Shown here piece by piece: positions 29,601 to 45,300 of a stretch of DNA of 64,000 nt (position 1 is the stretch's first letter; each line of letters begins with the position of its first letter). Made by a program: the position numbers and the translations under genes. This stretch comes from the human T2T-CHM13v2.0 reference genome, Homo sapiens, in NCBI RefSeq assembly GCF_009914755.1, contig NC_060945.1; one strand, 5' to 3'. The notes below the pieces were generated by a model. It made no database searches, had not been told where the DNA came from, and worked only from the letters and a program-made list of their open reading frames with translations.

Positions 29601-31117
29601 GATCAGTGTAGAAATACATCGTAATGTCCCTGTAGGCAGAGCCTTGGCAAGTTGTACATCACCTGTGTGATCATTGCAGGGATATGTCACAAAGCACCGT
29701 GTAGGCAGATCCTAGAAAAGAGTTACATCACCTGGGTGATCAGTGCAGAGATATGTCAAAATGCCTCTGTAGGCAGAGCCTAGAAAAGAGTTATATGACC
29801 TAGGTGATCAGTGCAGAGATATGTCAAAATGCCTCTGTAGGCAGAGCCTAGACAAGAGTTATATGACCTAGGTGATCAGTGCAGAGATACATCACAATGC
29901 CCCTGTAGGCAGAGCCTTGACAAGTGGTATATCACCTGGGTGATCATTGCAGGGGTGTCACAAAGCACCCTGTAGGCAGATCCTAGAGAAGAGTTATATC
30001 ACCTGGGTGCTCAGTGCAGAGATATGTCACAAGCCCCCTGTAGGCAGAGCATAGAAAAGAGTTATATCACCTGGGTGATCAGTGCAGTGATATGTCAGAT
30101 TGCCATGTAGCCAGATCCTAGACTAAAGTTACAGCACCTGGGAGATCAGTGCAGAGACATGTCACAATGTCCCCAGTAGGCAGAGACCAGGCAAGAGGTA
30201 GATCACCTCGGGATCAGAGCAGAGATATGTCTCAATCCTCCTGTGGGCACAGCTTAGGCAAGAGATACATCACCTCGGTTAACAGTGCAGGGATATGTCA
30301 AAATTCCCCTGTAGGGAGATCCTACACAAGTGTTACATCACTTAGGTGATCAGTGCAGAGATATGTCACAATACCCCCTGTAAATAGAGCCTAGACAAGA
30401 GTTACATAACCTGGGTGACCAGTGCAGAAATCTCTCACAATGCCCCTTTAGGCATAGCTCAGACCAGAGTTACATCACGTGGGTGATCAGTGCAGAGATA
30501 TGTCACAATGCCCCCATAGGCAAATCCAAGACAATAGTCCGTCACCTGGGTAATCAGGGCAGGCATGTGTGACAATACCCCCAGTAAGCAGAGCCTAGAG
30601 AAGGGTCCCATCACCTGGGTGATCAGTGCAGGGATATTTCACAATGCCCCTGCTGGCAGAGCGTAAGCAAGAGTTACATCTCCAAGATGATCAGTGCAGA
30701 GATATGTCACAAGGTCCCTTATACGCAGAGCCTGGACAAGAGTTACATCATCGCGGTGATCATTGCAGTGATATTTCAGTATACCCCGTAGGCAGAGCCT
30801 AGTCAAGCGTTACATCACTTGGGTGATCAGTGCAGAGATATGTCACAAAGCCCCCATACACAGAGCCTAGAAAGGAGTCCCAACACCTGGGTGATCAGTG
30901 CAGAAATATGTCACAATGCCACCATAGGCAGATCCAACACAAGAGTTACATCACCTGGTTGATCATTGTAGAGTTATGTCACAATGCCCCCATAGGCAGA
31001 GCCTAGACAAAAGTCCCATCACCTGGGTGATCCGTGCAGAGATATGTCACAAAGCCCCTGTAGGCAGAGCTTAGACAAGTGTTAAGTCACTTTGTTGATC
31101 AGTTCAGAGATGGGTCA
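20667..31117 (+). repeat. Beta satellite block (longest, ~10.45 kb)
   Basis: Tandem 68-bp monomers. Confidence 0.95.
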
Positions 31118-31741
31118 TGCTGACTGTTTGCTCCCGGAGCTCTGTGGGCACTCGGAAACAAGCAGCGAAGAGAGGAAGACCGGCATGGTGCCTTCGCTCT
31201 CTTGCGAGTTTCCAAACCGGCCACACTGCAGACTCCCCATGTTGCCGCACATGGGAATCCATCGTCAGGCCATCACCCCGGGGAGGCATCTTCTCTCTGG
31301 GGTCTCGCTCTCGTCTCCTACGTGGAAATGAACGTGAGCCACACGCCTGCGTGTGTGAGACTGTCCCAGCAACGGCGACACCCACATGCACTGCCTCCTT
31401 CACGGAGAGAGGGCTTGGAACACTCAAGACTCCCACGGAGGTTCAGTTTCACACTCCCCTCCACCCTCTCAGGCCGGTTTCTCCCTGCTGAAGACGCGTG
31501 GGAGCCCAGAGAGTAGCTTCCAGTTCCCGCGGGATTCCTGGCGAGGTCTGGAGATCCAGCCCCCGAAACGTGTCCCCCTCATCCCTTCCCCATCGCCCCC
31601 TTCTTCTTCGTCTCTCTGGCCCCACCACCACCATAAACACGCCCTCCCACCCCACCCCACCACCCACCGGCCGCAGGCCTCGACGCCCTGGGACCCTTCC
31701 AGGGTGGGGCAGGCTGTCCCAGGACTCACCGCCATTCTTGA

Positions 31742-33204
<1,463 letters not shown>

Positions 33205-33908
33205 GACGTGGGGTTTGGACAGGATCGGGTCGTGGCAGAGCGGTGGCCTCTATTTCGGGGGGAACACCTGGCTGGCTATGGAGGGGCGTGTCTTCCCCCC
33301 GCCCCCTCCACCGGGCTGACCGGCCTAGGATTCCTGCCATATAGTTCTAGGCCCGGTGAGAGGCTCCACACAGTGGAGAACTGCCATTCTTTCCTGGGCA
33401 TACTGGGGATCGCAGAGCCGGCCCAGGTACCAGCATGTCGACTGCCTACTGCGCACACGCAGGTTTGCAGGTAGCCGCCTGGGCTGTGGGAGCAGCCCGG
33501 GCAGAGCTCTCATGCCTTTCCACCACCCAAACCCGCCTGACCACCCCCCCACCCCCACACCCCAACACTGGAAAATGGGTCCTCCCCTGGGCTAGGTGGA
33601 GACCCACGTCCCACGAAACCCTGGGAGCGTGCAGCGTCCAGGCCTGACACCCCTCTGGTGGCTCGCCTCCTCTGCGCCACTGTGCCACCGTTGTCGGCCC
33701 GCCCGTGCCCCTGGCAGCCTCCCAGCTGCCACCATGGAGCGCCTGTCGGTGGAACACAGACCTATAGCTCACTTTGCCAGTCTCCTGGATAGACCTGCGC
33801 TCATTGTGCACCCCGGCTGACGTGCAAGGGAGCCAGCTGGCCTCTCTCTGCCCTTGTCCGTCCGTGAAATTCTGGCTGAGGCTCTCCCAACACCTTCCAA
33901 CGCTCTAT

Positions 33909-36900
33909 AGTCAAAGCCTGGAGAATAGTTACATCTCCTGGATGTTCAGTTCAGAAATATGTCACAATGCCCCCTCCCTGCAGACCGTAGAGAAGATTTG
34001 CATCATTTGGGTGATCAGTGCAGAGATATATCACAATGTCCCCTGTACAAAAAGCCTGGGAATGATTTACATCACCTCGGTGATCAGTGCATAGTTATGT
34101 CAGAAATCCCCAGTAGGCTGAACCTAGACAGGGGTTACATCACTTAGGTGATCAGTGTAGAGATATGTGAAAATTCCCGTGTAGACAGAGCCTAGACAAG
34201 TGTTAGATAACCTAGTGATCAGTGCAGGGGTAATTCGTGAAGCCTCCTTTAGGCAGAGTGTAGACAAGTGTTTCCTCCCTGGAGTGATCAGTGCAGAGAT
34301 ATGTCACAAAGCCCCTGTAAGCAGAACCTTGACAAGGGTGACATCACCTGTTTGATCAGTGGAAATGTATATCACGAAGCCCCCTGTAGGCAAAGCCCAG
34401 ACAATGGTTACATCGCCTGGGTGAGCAGTGGAGAGATGTGTCACAATGCCCCTGTAGGCAGAGTTAAGACAAGGGTTACATCTCCTGGATGATCAGTGCA
34501 AAGATATGTCCAAACGCTCCAGTAGGCTGAACCTAGACAGGCGTTACATCACCCGGGTGATCAGTGCAGAGATATGTGAGAATTCCCGTGTAGGCAGAGC
34601 CTAGACAAGTGTTACATCACCTAGGTAATCAGTGCAGGTATACGTCATAAAGCCTCCTGTAGGCAAGGCGTAGACAAGAGTTCCCTCCCCAGGTTGATCA
34701 GTGCAGACATGTGTCACAAAGCCCCTGTAGCAGATCCTAGACAAGAGTTTCATCACTTGGTTGATCAGTTCAGAGATGTGTCACAATGTCCATATAGGCA
34801 GAACTAAGAGAAGATTCCATCACGTGGGTGATCAATGCAGAGATATCTACCAATGCACCTGTAGGCTGTGCCTCGACAAGAGTGGCATCACCTCAGAGAT
34901 CATTGCATAGATATGTCACAAAGCCTTCTGTAGGCAAAGTCCATACAAGGTTTACAACACCTAGGTAATCAGTGCAGTGATATGTCTAAAAATCCCTATA
35001 GACAGAGCCTAGAAAAGAGTAACATCACCTGGATGATCAGTACAGATATTTGACACAATGCGCCCATAGACAGAGCTTAGAAAAGAGTTACATCACATCG
35101 GTGATCAGTGCAGATATTTGACACAATGCCCCCATAGACAGAGCCTAGACAAGACTTCCATCACCTGGGTGATCAGTGCAGAGATATGTCACAAATCGCC
35201 CTTTTGGCAGAGTATAGAGAAGAGTCCCATCACCTGGGTGATCAGTGCAGAGATATTTCACAATGCCCCCTGTAGGCAGAGAGTGGACAAGAGTTACATA
35301 ACCTAGGTGATCTGTGCAGAGCTGTGTCAAAAAGCCCCTGTAGGCTGAGCCTAGATAAATGTTACATCACCTGGGTGATCAGTGCAGAGATACGTCACAA
35401 TACACCCTGTAGGTGTAGCCTAGACAAGAGTTACATCACCTGGGTGATCAGTGCAGTGATATGTCACAATACCCCCTGTAGGTGTAGCCTAGACAAGAAT
35501 TACATCACCTGGGTGATCAGTACAGAAATATGTCACAAAGCCTCTGTAGGCAGAGCCTAAGCAGGAGTTACATCACCTGGGTGATCAGTGCAGAAATATG
35601 TCACAAAACCCCTGTAGGCCGAGCCTAGACAAGAGTTACATCTCCTGGGTGATCAGTGCAAAGATATGTCACAAAGCCCCCTGTAGACAAATCCCAGAAA
35701 ATCGTTACATCTCCTGGCAGATCAGTGGAGGTATCTGTCACAATTCCCCTTTAGGCGCAGCTTAGACAAGCATTACATCACATGAGTGATCAGTGCAGAG
35801 ATATGTCACTACGCCCCCGTAGGCAGATCCAAGAGAAGATTCCATCACCTGGGTGATCAGTGCAGAAATATGCCACAATGCCACCAGTAGGCAGATATAG
35901 ACAAGAGTGACATCACCTGCGTGATCACTGCAGAGATATGTCACAATGCCCCTGTAGGCAGAGCCTAGACAAATGTCCCATCACCTGGGTGATCAGTGCT
36001 GAGTTATGTCACAATGCCCCCTTTTGGTAAAGCGTAGACAAAGGTTACATCACCTGGGTGATCAGTGCAGAGATGTGTCACAAGCCCCCTGTAGCCAGAG
36101 CGTAGACAAGAGTTACATCAGCTGTGTGATCAGTGCAGTGACATTTCACAATGTACTTGTAGCCATATACTTGAGAAAAGTGACATCAGCTGGGTGATCA
36201 GTGCGGAGATATGTCACAAGGCCTGCAGTAGTCAGAGCCTATACAAGAGTTACATCACCTGGGTGATCAGGGCAGAGATATGTCACAATGCCCACTGTAA
36301 GCAGATCCCAGACAAGAGTTGCATTACCTCGGTGATCAGTGCAGAGATATGTCTCAATGCCCCCTGTCTGCGAAGCCTATACAAGAGTTACATCATCTCG
36401 GTAGTGAGTGCAGTGATATGTTAAAATGCCCCTGTAGGCAGAGCCTAGACAAGAGTTACATCACCTGGGTGATCAGTGCAGAGATATCTTACTATACCCC
36501 GTGTAAGCAGAGCCAAGATAAGAGTTACATTACCTGGGTGATCAGTGCAGACATATGTCATAAATCCCACAGTAGGCAAAGCCTAGAGAAGTTTTACATC
36601 ACCTCAGCGATCAGTGCAGAGATATGTCCCAATGTCCCTCTAGGCACAGCTTAGACAAGAGTAACGTCTCCTGGGTGATCAGTGCAGAGGTAAGTCACAG
36701 TGCCCCCATAGGCAGAGCCTAGACAAGAGTTACATAACCCGAGTGATCCGTGCAGAGTGATGTCACATCGCCCTCTGTAGGCAGAGACTAGAAAAGAGTT
36801 ACATCACCTGGGTGATCAGTGCAGAGATATGTCACAATGCCCCCTGTAGGCAGAGCAGAGAAGAGTTGCATCACCTGGGTGATCAGTGTAGAGATATGTC

Positions 36901-39625
36901 ACAATGCCCCTGTAGGCAGAGCATACAGAAGAGTTGCATCACCTGGGTGATAAGTGCAGAGATATGTCACAATGTCCCCTGTAGGCAAAGCCTAGGCAAG
37001 AGTTACATCACCTTTGTCATCAGATCAGGGATATGTGTAAACACACCTGTAGGCCGAGCATAGAAAACAGTTACATCACCTAGCTGATCAGTGCAGAGAT
37101 ATTTCACAATATCCCCTGTAGGCAGATACTAGACAAGAGTTGAATCACCTCGGTGATCAGTGCAGAGATATTTCACAATGCCCCCTTTGGGCAGAGGGTA
37201 GACAAGATTTACATCACATAGGTGATCAGTGCAGAAGTTTGTCAACTTTCCCTGTAGGCAGTGCTTATAAAAATGTTACATCACATAAGTGATCAGTGCA
37301 GACATATCAGAAAGCTCCTGTAGGCAGAAGTTAGATGAGTTATATCACCTGGGTGATCAGTGCAAAGGTATGTCACAAAGCCCCCTGTAGGGAAAGCCTA
37401 GACAATAGTTATATCATTTGGATGATCAGTGGAGAGGTCTCTCACAATTTCCCTGTAGGCAGAGCTTATACAACAGTTGCATCACCTGGGTGATCAGTAC
37501 GGAGATATGTCACAATGCCCCCATACGCAGATCCAAGACAAGAGTCCGTCACATGGGTGATCAGTGCAGAAATATGTCACAATGCCCCCTTAGGCAGAGC
37601 CTAGACACAAGCCCAATCACCTGGATGATCAGTGCGGATTTATGTCACACAGTCCCTTTAGGCAGATCCTAGACAAGTGTTACATCGCTTGGATGATCAG
37701 TGAAGAGATATGTCACAATGCCACTGTAGGCAGAGCCTAGACAACAGTTACATGACCTAGGTGATCAGTGCAGAGATACTTCGCAATGCGGCTGTAGGCA
37801 GAGCATTGACAAGTGGTATATCACCTGTGTGATCGTTGCAGTGATATGTCACATAACACTCTGTAGGCAGATAGAAGAGAAGAGTTATATCACCTGGGTG
37901 ATCAGTGCAGAGATATGTCACAGGACCCCTGTAGGCAGAGCCTAGACAAGAGTTATATCACCTGGGTGATCAGAGTAGTGATATGTCACGATGCCTTGTA
38001 GCCAGAGCCAAGACTAAAGTTAAAGCACCTGGGAGATCTGTGCAGACATATGTCACAATGTCCCCAGTAGGCAGAGAGCAGGCAATAGTTGGATCACCTC
38101 GGTATCAGTGCAGAGATATGTCTGAATCCCCCTGTGGGCACAGCCTAGAAAAGAGTTACATCACCTCGGTTAACAGTGTAGAGATATGTCAAAATGCCCC
38201 TGTAGGCAGAGCCTACACAAGTGTTACATCACTTAGGTGATCAGTACAGAGATATGTCACAATACCCCCTTTAAGCAGAGCCTAGACAAGAGTTACATCA
38301 CCTGGGTGATCAGTGCAGAGATATGTGACAAGGCCCCTTTAATCAGAGCCTACACAATAGTTACATCACTTGAGTGATCAGTGCAGAGATCTGTCACAAT
38401 GCCCGTTTAGGCAGAGCTTAGACCAGAGTTACATCACCTGGGTGATCAGTGCAGAGATCTGTCACAATGCCCCTATTGGCAGAGGTTAGACCAGAGTTAC
38501 ATCACCTTGGTGATCAGTGCAGAAATATGACACAATGCCGCCAGTAGGCAGATATAGACAAGAGTTACATCAACTGCGTGATCACTGCAGAGAAATGTCA
38601 CAATGCCCCTCTAGGCAGAGCCTAGACAAGAGTCCCATCACCTGGGTGATCAATGCAGAGTTATGTCACAATGCCGCCTGTTGGCAGAGCCTACACAAGG
38701 GTTACATCACCTGGGTGATCAGTGCAGAGATGTGTCAGTAGACCCCTGAAGCCAGTGCCTAGACAAGAGTTACATCACCTGGGTGATCAGTGCAGTGACA
38801 TGTCACAATGTCCCTGTAGCCATATCCTTGACAAAAGTGACATCACCTGGGTGATCAGTGTGGAGATATGTCACAATATCTCCAGTAGGCAGAGCCTAGA
38901 CAAGAGTTACGTCACCTGGGTGATCAGGGCAGTGGTATGTCACAATGCCCCCTGTAACCAGATCCCAGACAAGAGTTGCATCACCTCGGTGATCAGTGCA
39001 GTGATATGTCTCAATGACCCCACTCGGTGAAGCCTATACAAGAGTTACATCATCTCGGTGATCAGTGCAGTGATATATTAAAATGCCCCTGTAGGCAGAG
39101 CCTAGACAAGTTTTATCACCTGCGTGATCAGTGCAGAGATATCTCACAATACCCCCTGTAAGCAGAGCCTAGACAAGAGTTACATCAGCTGGGTGATCAG
39201 TGCAGGAATATGACATAAATCCCACTATAGGCAAAGCCTACACAAGTTTTACATCACCTAAGTGATCAGTGCCGAGATATGTCACAAAGCTCCTGTTGAC
39301 AGAAGTCAGATGAGGTACATCACCTGGGTGATCTGTGCGAAGGTATGTCAAAAAGCCCCCTGTAGGCAAAGCCAAGACAATAGTTACATCACTTGGGTGA
39401 TCAGTGGCGAGTTCTCTCACAATTCCCCTGTAGGCAGAGCTTACACAACAGTTACATCACCAGGGTGATCAGTGTAGAGATATGTCACAATGTCCCCTGC
39501 AGGCGGAGCATAGAGAAGAGTTTCATCACCTGGGTGATCAGTACAGAGATATGTCACAATGTCCCCTGTAGGCAAAGCCTAGACAAGTGTTACATCACAT
39601 TGTTGATCAGTTCGGAGATGTGTCA
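33909..39625 (+). repeat. Beta satellite block
   Basis: Tandem 68-bp monomers. Confidence 0.95.
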
Positions 39626-40250
39626 TGCTGACTGTTTGCTCCTGGAGCTCTATGGGCACCAGGAAACATGCGGGGAAGGGTGGAAGACCGGCATGGTGCC
39701 TTCGCTCTCCTTGCTAGTTTCCAAACCGGCCACACTGCAGACTCCCCATGTTGCCACTCATGGGAATCCATCGTCAGGCCATCAAGCCGGGGAGGCATCT
39801 TCTCTCGGGGGTCTCACTCTGGTCTCCTACGTGGAAATAAAAGAGAGCCACACGCCTGCGTCTGTGAGACGGTCCCGGCAACGGCGACACCAAGAGGCAC
39901 TGCCTCCTTCATGGAGAGAGGGCCTGGAGCACTCCAGACTCCCACGGAGGTTCAGTTCCACACTCCCCTCCACCCTCCCTTGCTGGTTTCTCCCTGCTGA
40001 AGACGTGTGGGAGCCCAGAGAGCAGCTTCCAGTTCCCGCGGGATTCCTGGAGAGGTCCGGAGAGCAAGCCCCCGAAACGCGCCCCCTTCACCCCTTCCCC
40101 TTCGCCCCTTTCCTCTTCCTGTCTCCGGCCCCACCACTGCCATAACCAGGCCCACCCACCGCACCCCACCGCCCCCCGGCCGCAGGCCTCGAGGCCCTGG
40201 GTACCTTCCGTGGTGGGGCGGGCTGTCCGAGGGCTTGCCGCCATGCATGA

Positions 40251-41690
<1,440 letters not shown>

Positions 41691-42396
41691 GACAAGGGAT
41701 TGGGACGGGGTCGGGTCGGGACACGGCAGTGCCCTTTCTTTCGCGGGGAACAACTGGCTGGCTATGGAGGGGCATGTCTTCACCCCGCCCCCTCCACCAG
41801 ACTGACCAGCATGGGATTCCTGCCTTCTAGGTCTAGGCCCGGTGAGAGGCTCCACACAATGGAGAACTGCCATTATTTCCTGGGCATCCCGGGGATACCA
41901 GACCCGGAACAGGTACCAGCAGTTGGGTCGCCTACTGTGCACGCGCGGGTTTGCAGGCAGCCGGCTGGGCTGCGGGAGCAGCCCGGACAGAGCTCTCATG
42001 CCTTTCTACCACCATACCCCGCCTGACGAGCCCCTCCCCACCTCCACAACACACCCCCAGAAAATGCGTCCTCTCCTGGGCTGAGTGCATACCACCGTCC
42101 CGCGAAACACCGAGCACGCACAGCGTCCAGGCCTGAAACACATTCGGCAGCTCTACTCCTCTGTGCCTCTGCGCTGCCATCGCTGGCCTACCCGTGCCCC
42201 TGCAACCTCCCAGCTGCCACCAAGGAGCGCCTGGTGGTGGAACGCAGACATCTAGCTCTCTTTGCCGGCCTCCTGGCTCGACCTGCACTCATTGCCCACC
42301 CTGGGTGACGTGCAAGGGAGCCCTCTGGCCTCTCTGTGCCCTTGTCCATCTCTGAAACTCCGGCTGAGGCTCTCCCAACACCGTCCGACGCTCTTA

Positions 42397-45300
42397 AGTC
42401 AAAGTCTGGAGAATAGTTACATCTCCTGGATGATCAGTTCAGAAATGTGTCACAATGCCGACTCCCTGCAGAGCCTAGAGAAGATTTGCATCATTTCCGT
42501 GATCAGTGCAGAGATATATCACAATGTCCCCTGTACAAAAAGCCTGGAAATGATTTACATCACCTCGGTGATCAGTGCGTAGGTATGTCAGAAATCCCCA
42601 GTAGGCTGAACCTAGACAAGGGTTCCATCACTTAGGTGATCAGTGTAGAGATATGTGAAAATTCCCGTGTAGACAGAGCCTAGACAAGTGTTACATCACC
42701 TAGTGATCAGTGCAGGGATAAGTTGTAAAGCCTCCTGTAGGCGGAGTGTAGACAAGTGTTTCCTCCCTGGGGTGATCAGTGCAAAGTTATGTCACAAAGC
42801 CCCTATAAGCAGAACTTTGACAAGGGTTACATCACCTGTTTGATCAGTGGAAATCTACATCACAAAGCCCCCTGTAGGCAAAGCCCTGACAATTGTTGCA
42901 TCACCTGGGTGAGAAGTGGAGAGATCTGTCACAATGCCCCTGTAGGCAGAGCTTAGACAAGGGTTACATCACCTGGATGATCAGTGCAGAGATATGTCAA
43001 AACGCTACTGTAGGCTGAACCTAGGAATGAGTTACATCAACTGGGTGATCAGTGCAGAGATATGTGAGAATTCCCGTGTAGGCAGAGTCTAGACAAGTGT
43101 TACATCACCTAGGTTATCAGTGCAGGTATAAGTCATGAAGCATCCTGTAGGCAGAGCGTAGACAAGAGTTCCCTCCGCAGAGTGATCAGTGTACAGATGT
43201 GTCACAAAGCCCCTGTAGGCAGAACCTAGACAAGAGTTTCATCACTTGGTTGATCAGTTCAGAGACGTGTCACAATGTCCATGTAGGCAGATCTAAGACA
43301 AGAGTCCATCACCTGGGTGATCAGTGCAGAGATATGTACCAATGTCCCCTGTAGGCAGTGCCTAGACAAGAGTTGCATCACCTCAGAGATCAGTGCACAG
43401 ATATGTCACAAAGCCTTCTGTAGGCAAAGCCCGTACAAGGCTTACATCACCTAGGTGTTCAGTGCAGTGATATGTCACAAAAGTCCCTGTAGACAGAGCC
43501 TAGAAAGAGTTACATCACCTGGGTGATCAGTGGAGATATTTGCCACAATGCCCCCATTGACAGAGCCTAGAAAAAGACTTCCATCACCTGGTTGATCACT
43601 GCAGAGATATGTCATAAAACGCCCTTTTGGCAGAGTATAGAGAAGAGTCCCATTACCTGGGTGATCAGTGCAGAGATATTTCACAATGCCCCCTGTAGGC
43701 AGAGAGTGGACAAGAGTTACATAACCTAGGTGATCTGTGCAGAGCTATGTCAAAATGCACCTGTAGGCAGAGCCTAGATAAATGTTACATCACCTGGGTG
43801 ATCAGTGCAGAGATACGTCACAATACCCCCTGTAGGTGAAGCCTAGGCAAGAGTTACATCACCTGGGTGATCAGTGCAGAGGTATGTCACAAAGCCCCTG
43901 TAGGCAGAGCCTAGACAAGACTTACATCACCTGGGTGATCAGTGCAGAGGTATGTCACAAAGCCCCTGTAGGCAGAGCCTAGACAAGAGTTACATCACCT
44001 GGGTGATCAGTGCAGAGATATGTCACAAATACCCCTCTAGGCAGAGTATAGAGAAGAGTCCCATCACCAGGGTGATCAGTGCAGAGATATTTCACAATGC
44101 CCCCTGTAGGCAGAGAGTGAACAAGAGTTACATAACCTAGTGATCTGTGCAGAGCTATGTCAAAACGCCCCTGTAGGCAGAGCCTAGATAAATGTTAGAT
44201 CAACTGAGTGATCAGTGCAGAGATACGCCACAATACCCCTGAAGGTGGAGCCTAGACAAGAGTTACATCACCTGGGTGATCAGTGCAGAAATATGTCACA
44301 AATCCCATGTAGGCCGAGCCTAGACAAGAGTTATATCTCCTGGGTGATCAGTGCAAAGACATGTCAGAAAGCCCCCTGTAGACAAATCCCAGAAAATTGT
44401 TGCAACACCAGCGTGATCAGTGGAGATATCTGTCACAATTCCCCTTTAGGAGGAGCTTAGACAAGCGTTCCATCACATAAGTGATCAGTGCAGAGATATG
44501 TCACTATGGCCCCATAGGCAGGTCCAAGACAAGACTCCATCACGTGGGTGATCAGTGCAGAAATATGCCACAATGCCGCCAGTAGGCAGATATAGACAAG
44601 AGTTTCATCACCTGCGTGATCACTGCAGAGTTATGTCACAATGCCCCTGTAGGCAGAACCTAGACAAGAGTCCCATCACCTGGGTGATCAGTGCAGAGTT
44701 ATGTCAAAATGCCGCCTTTTGGCAGAGCCTAGACAATGGTTACATCACCTGGGTGATCAGTGCAGAGATGTGTCACAAACCCCCTGTAGCCAGAGTCTAG
44801 ACAAGTGTTACATCAACTGTGTGATCAGTGCAGTGACATGTCACAATATCCCTGTAGCCATATCCTTGACAAAAGTGACAACACCTGGGTGACCAGTGAG
44901 GAGATATGTCACAATGTCTCCAGTAGTCAGAGCCTAGACAAGAGTTACATCACCTGGATGATCAGGCAGCGATATGTCACAATGCCCCCTGTAAGCATAT
45001 CCCAGACAAGAGTTGCATCACCTCGGTGATCAGTGCAGACATATGTCTCAATGCCCCCTGTCGGCGATGCCTATACAAGAGTAACATCATCACGGTGATC
45101 AATGCAGTGATATGTGAAAATGCCTCTGTAGGCAGAGCTTATACAAGAGCTACATCACCTGGGTGATCAGTGCAGAGATATCTCACAATACCCCCTGTAA
45201 GCAGAGCCTAGAAAAGAGTTACATCACCAGGGTGATCAGTGCAGAGATATGTCATAAATCCCACTGTAGGCAAAGCCTAGACAAATTTTACAGCACCTCA

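Noticed and set aside
39393-40145. Recurring upstream ORF (…GMVPSLSLPVSKPATLQTPHVAAHG…, up to 250 aa) as a conserved second gene
   Set aside because: Similarity simply reflects DNA paralogy; starts lie in satellite and stops or frameshifts differ per copy (e.g. 10572, 31516)
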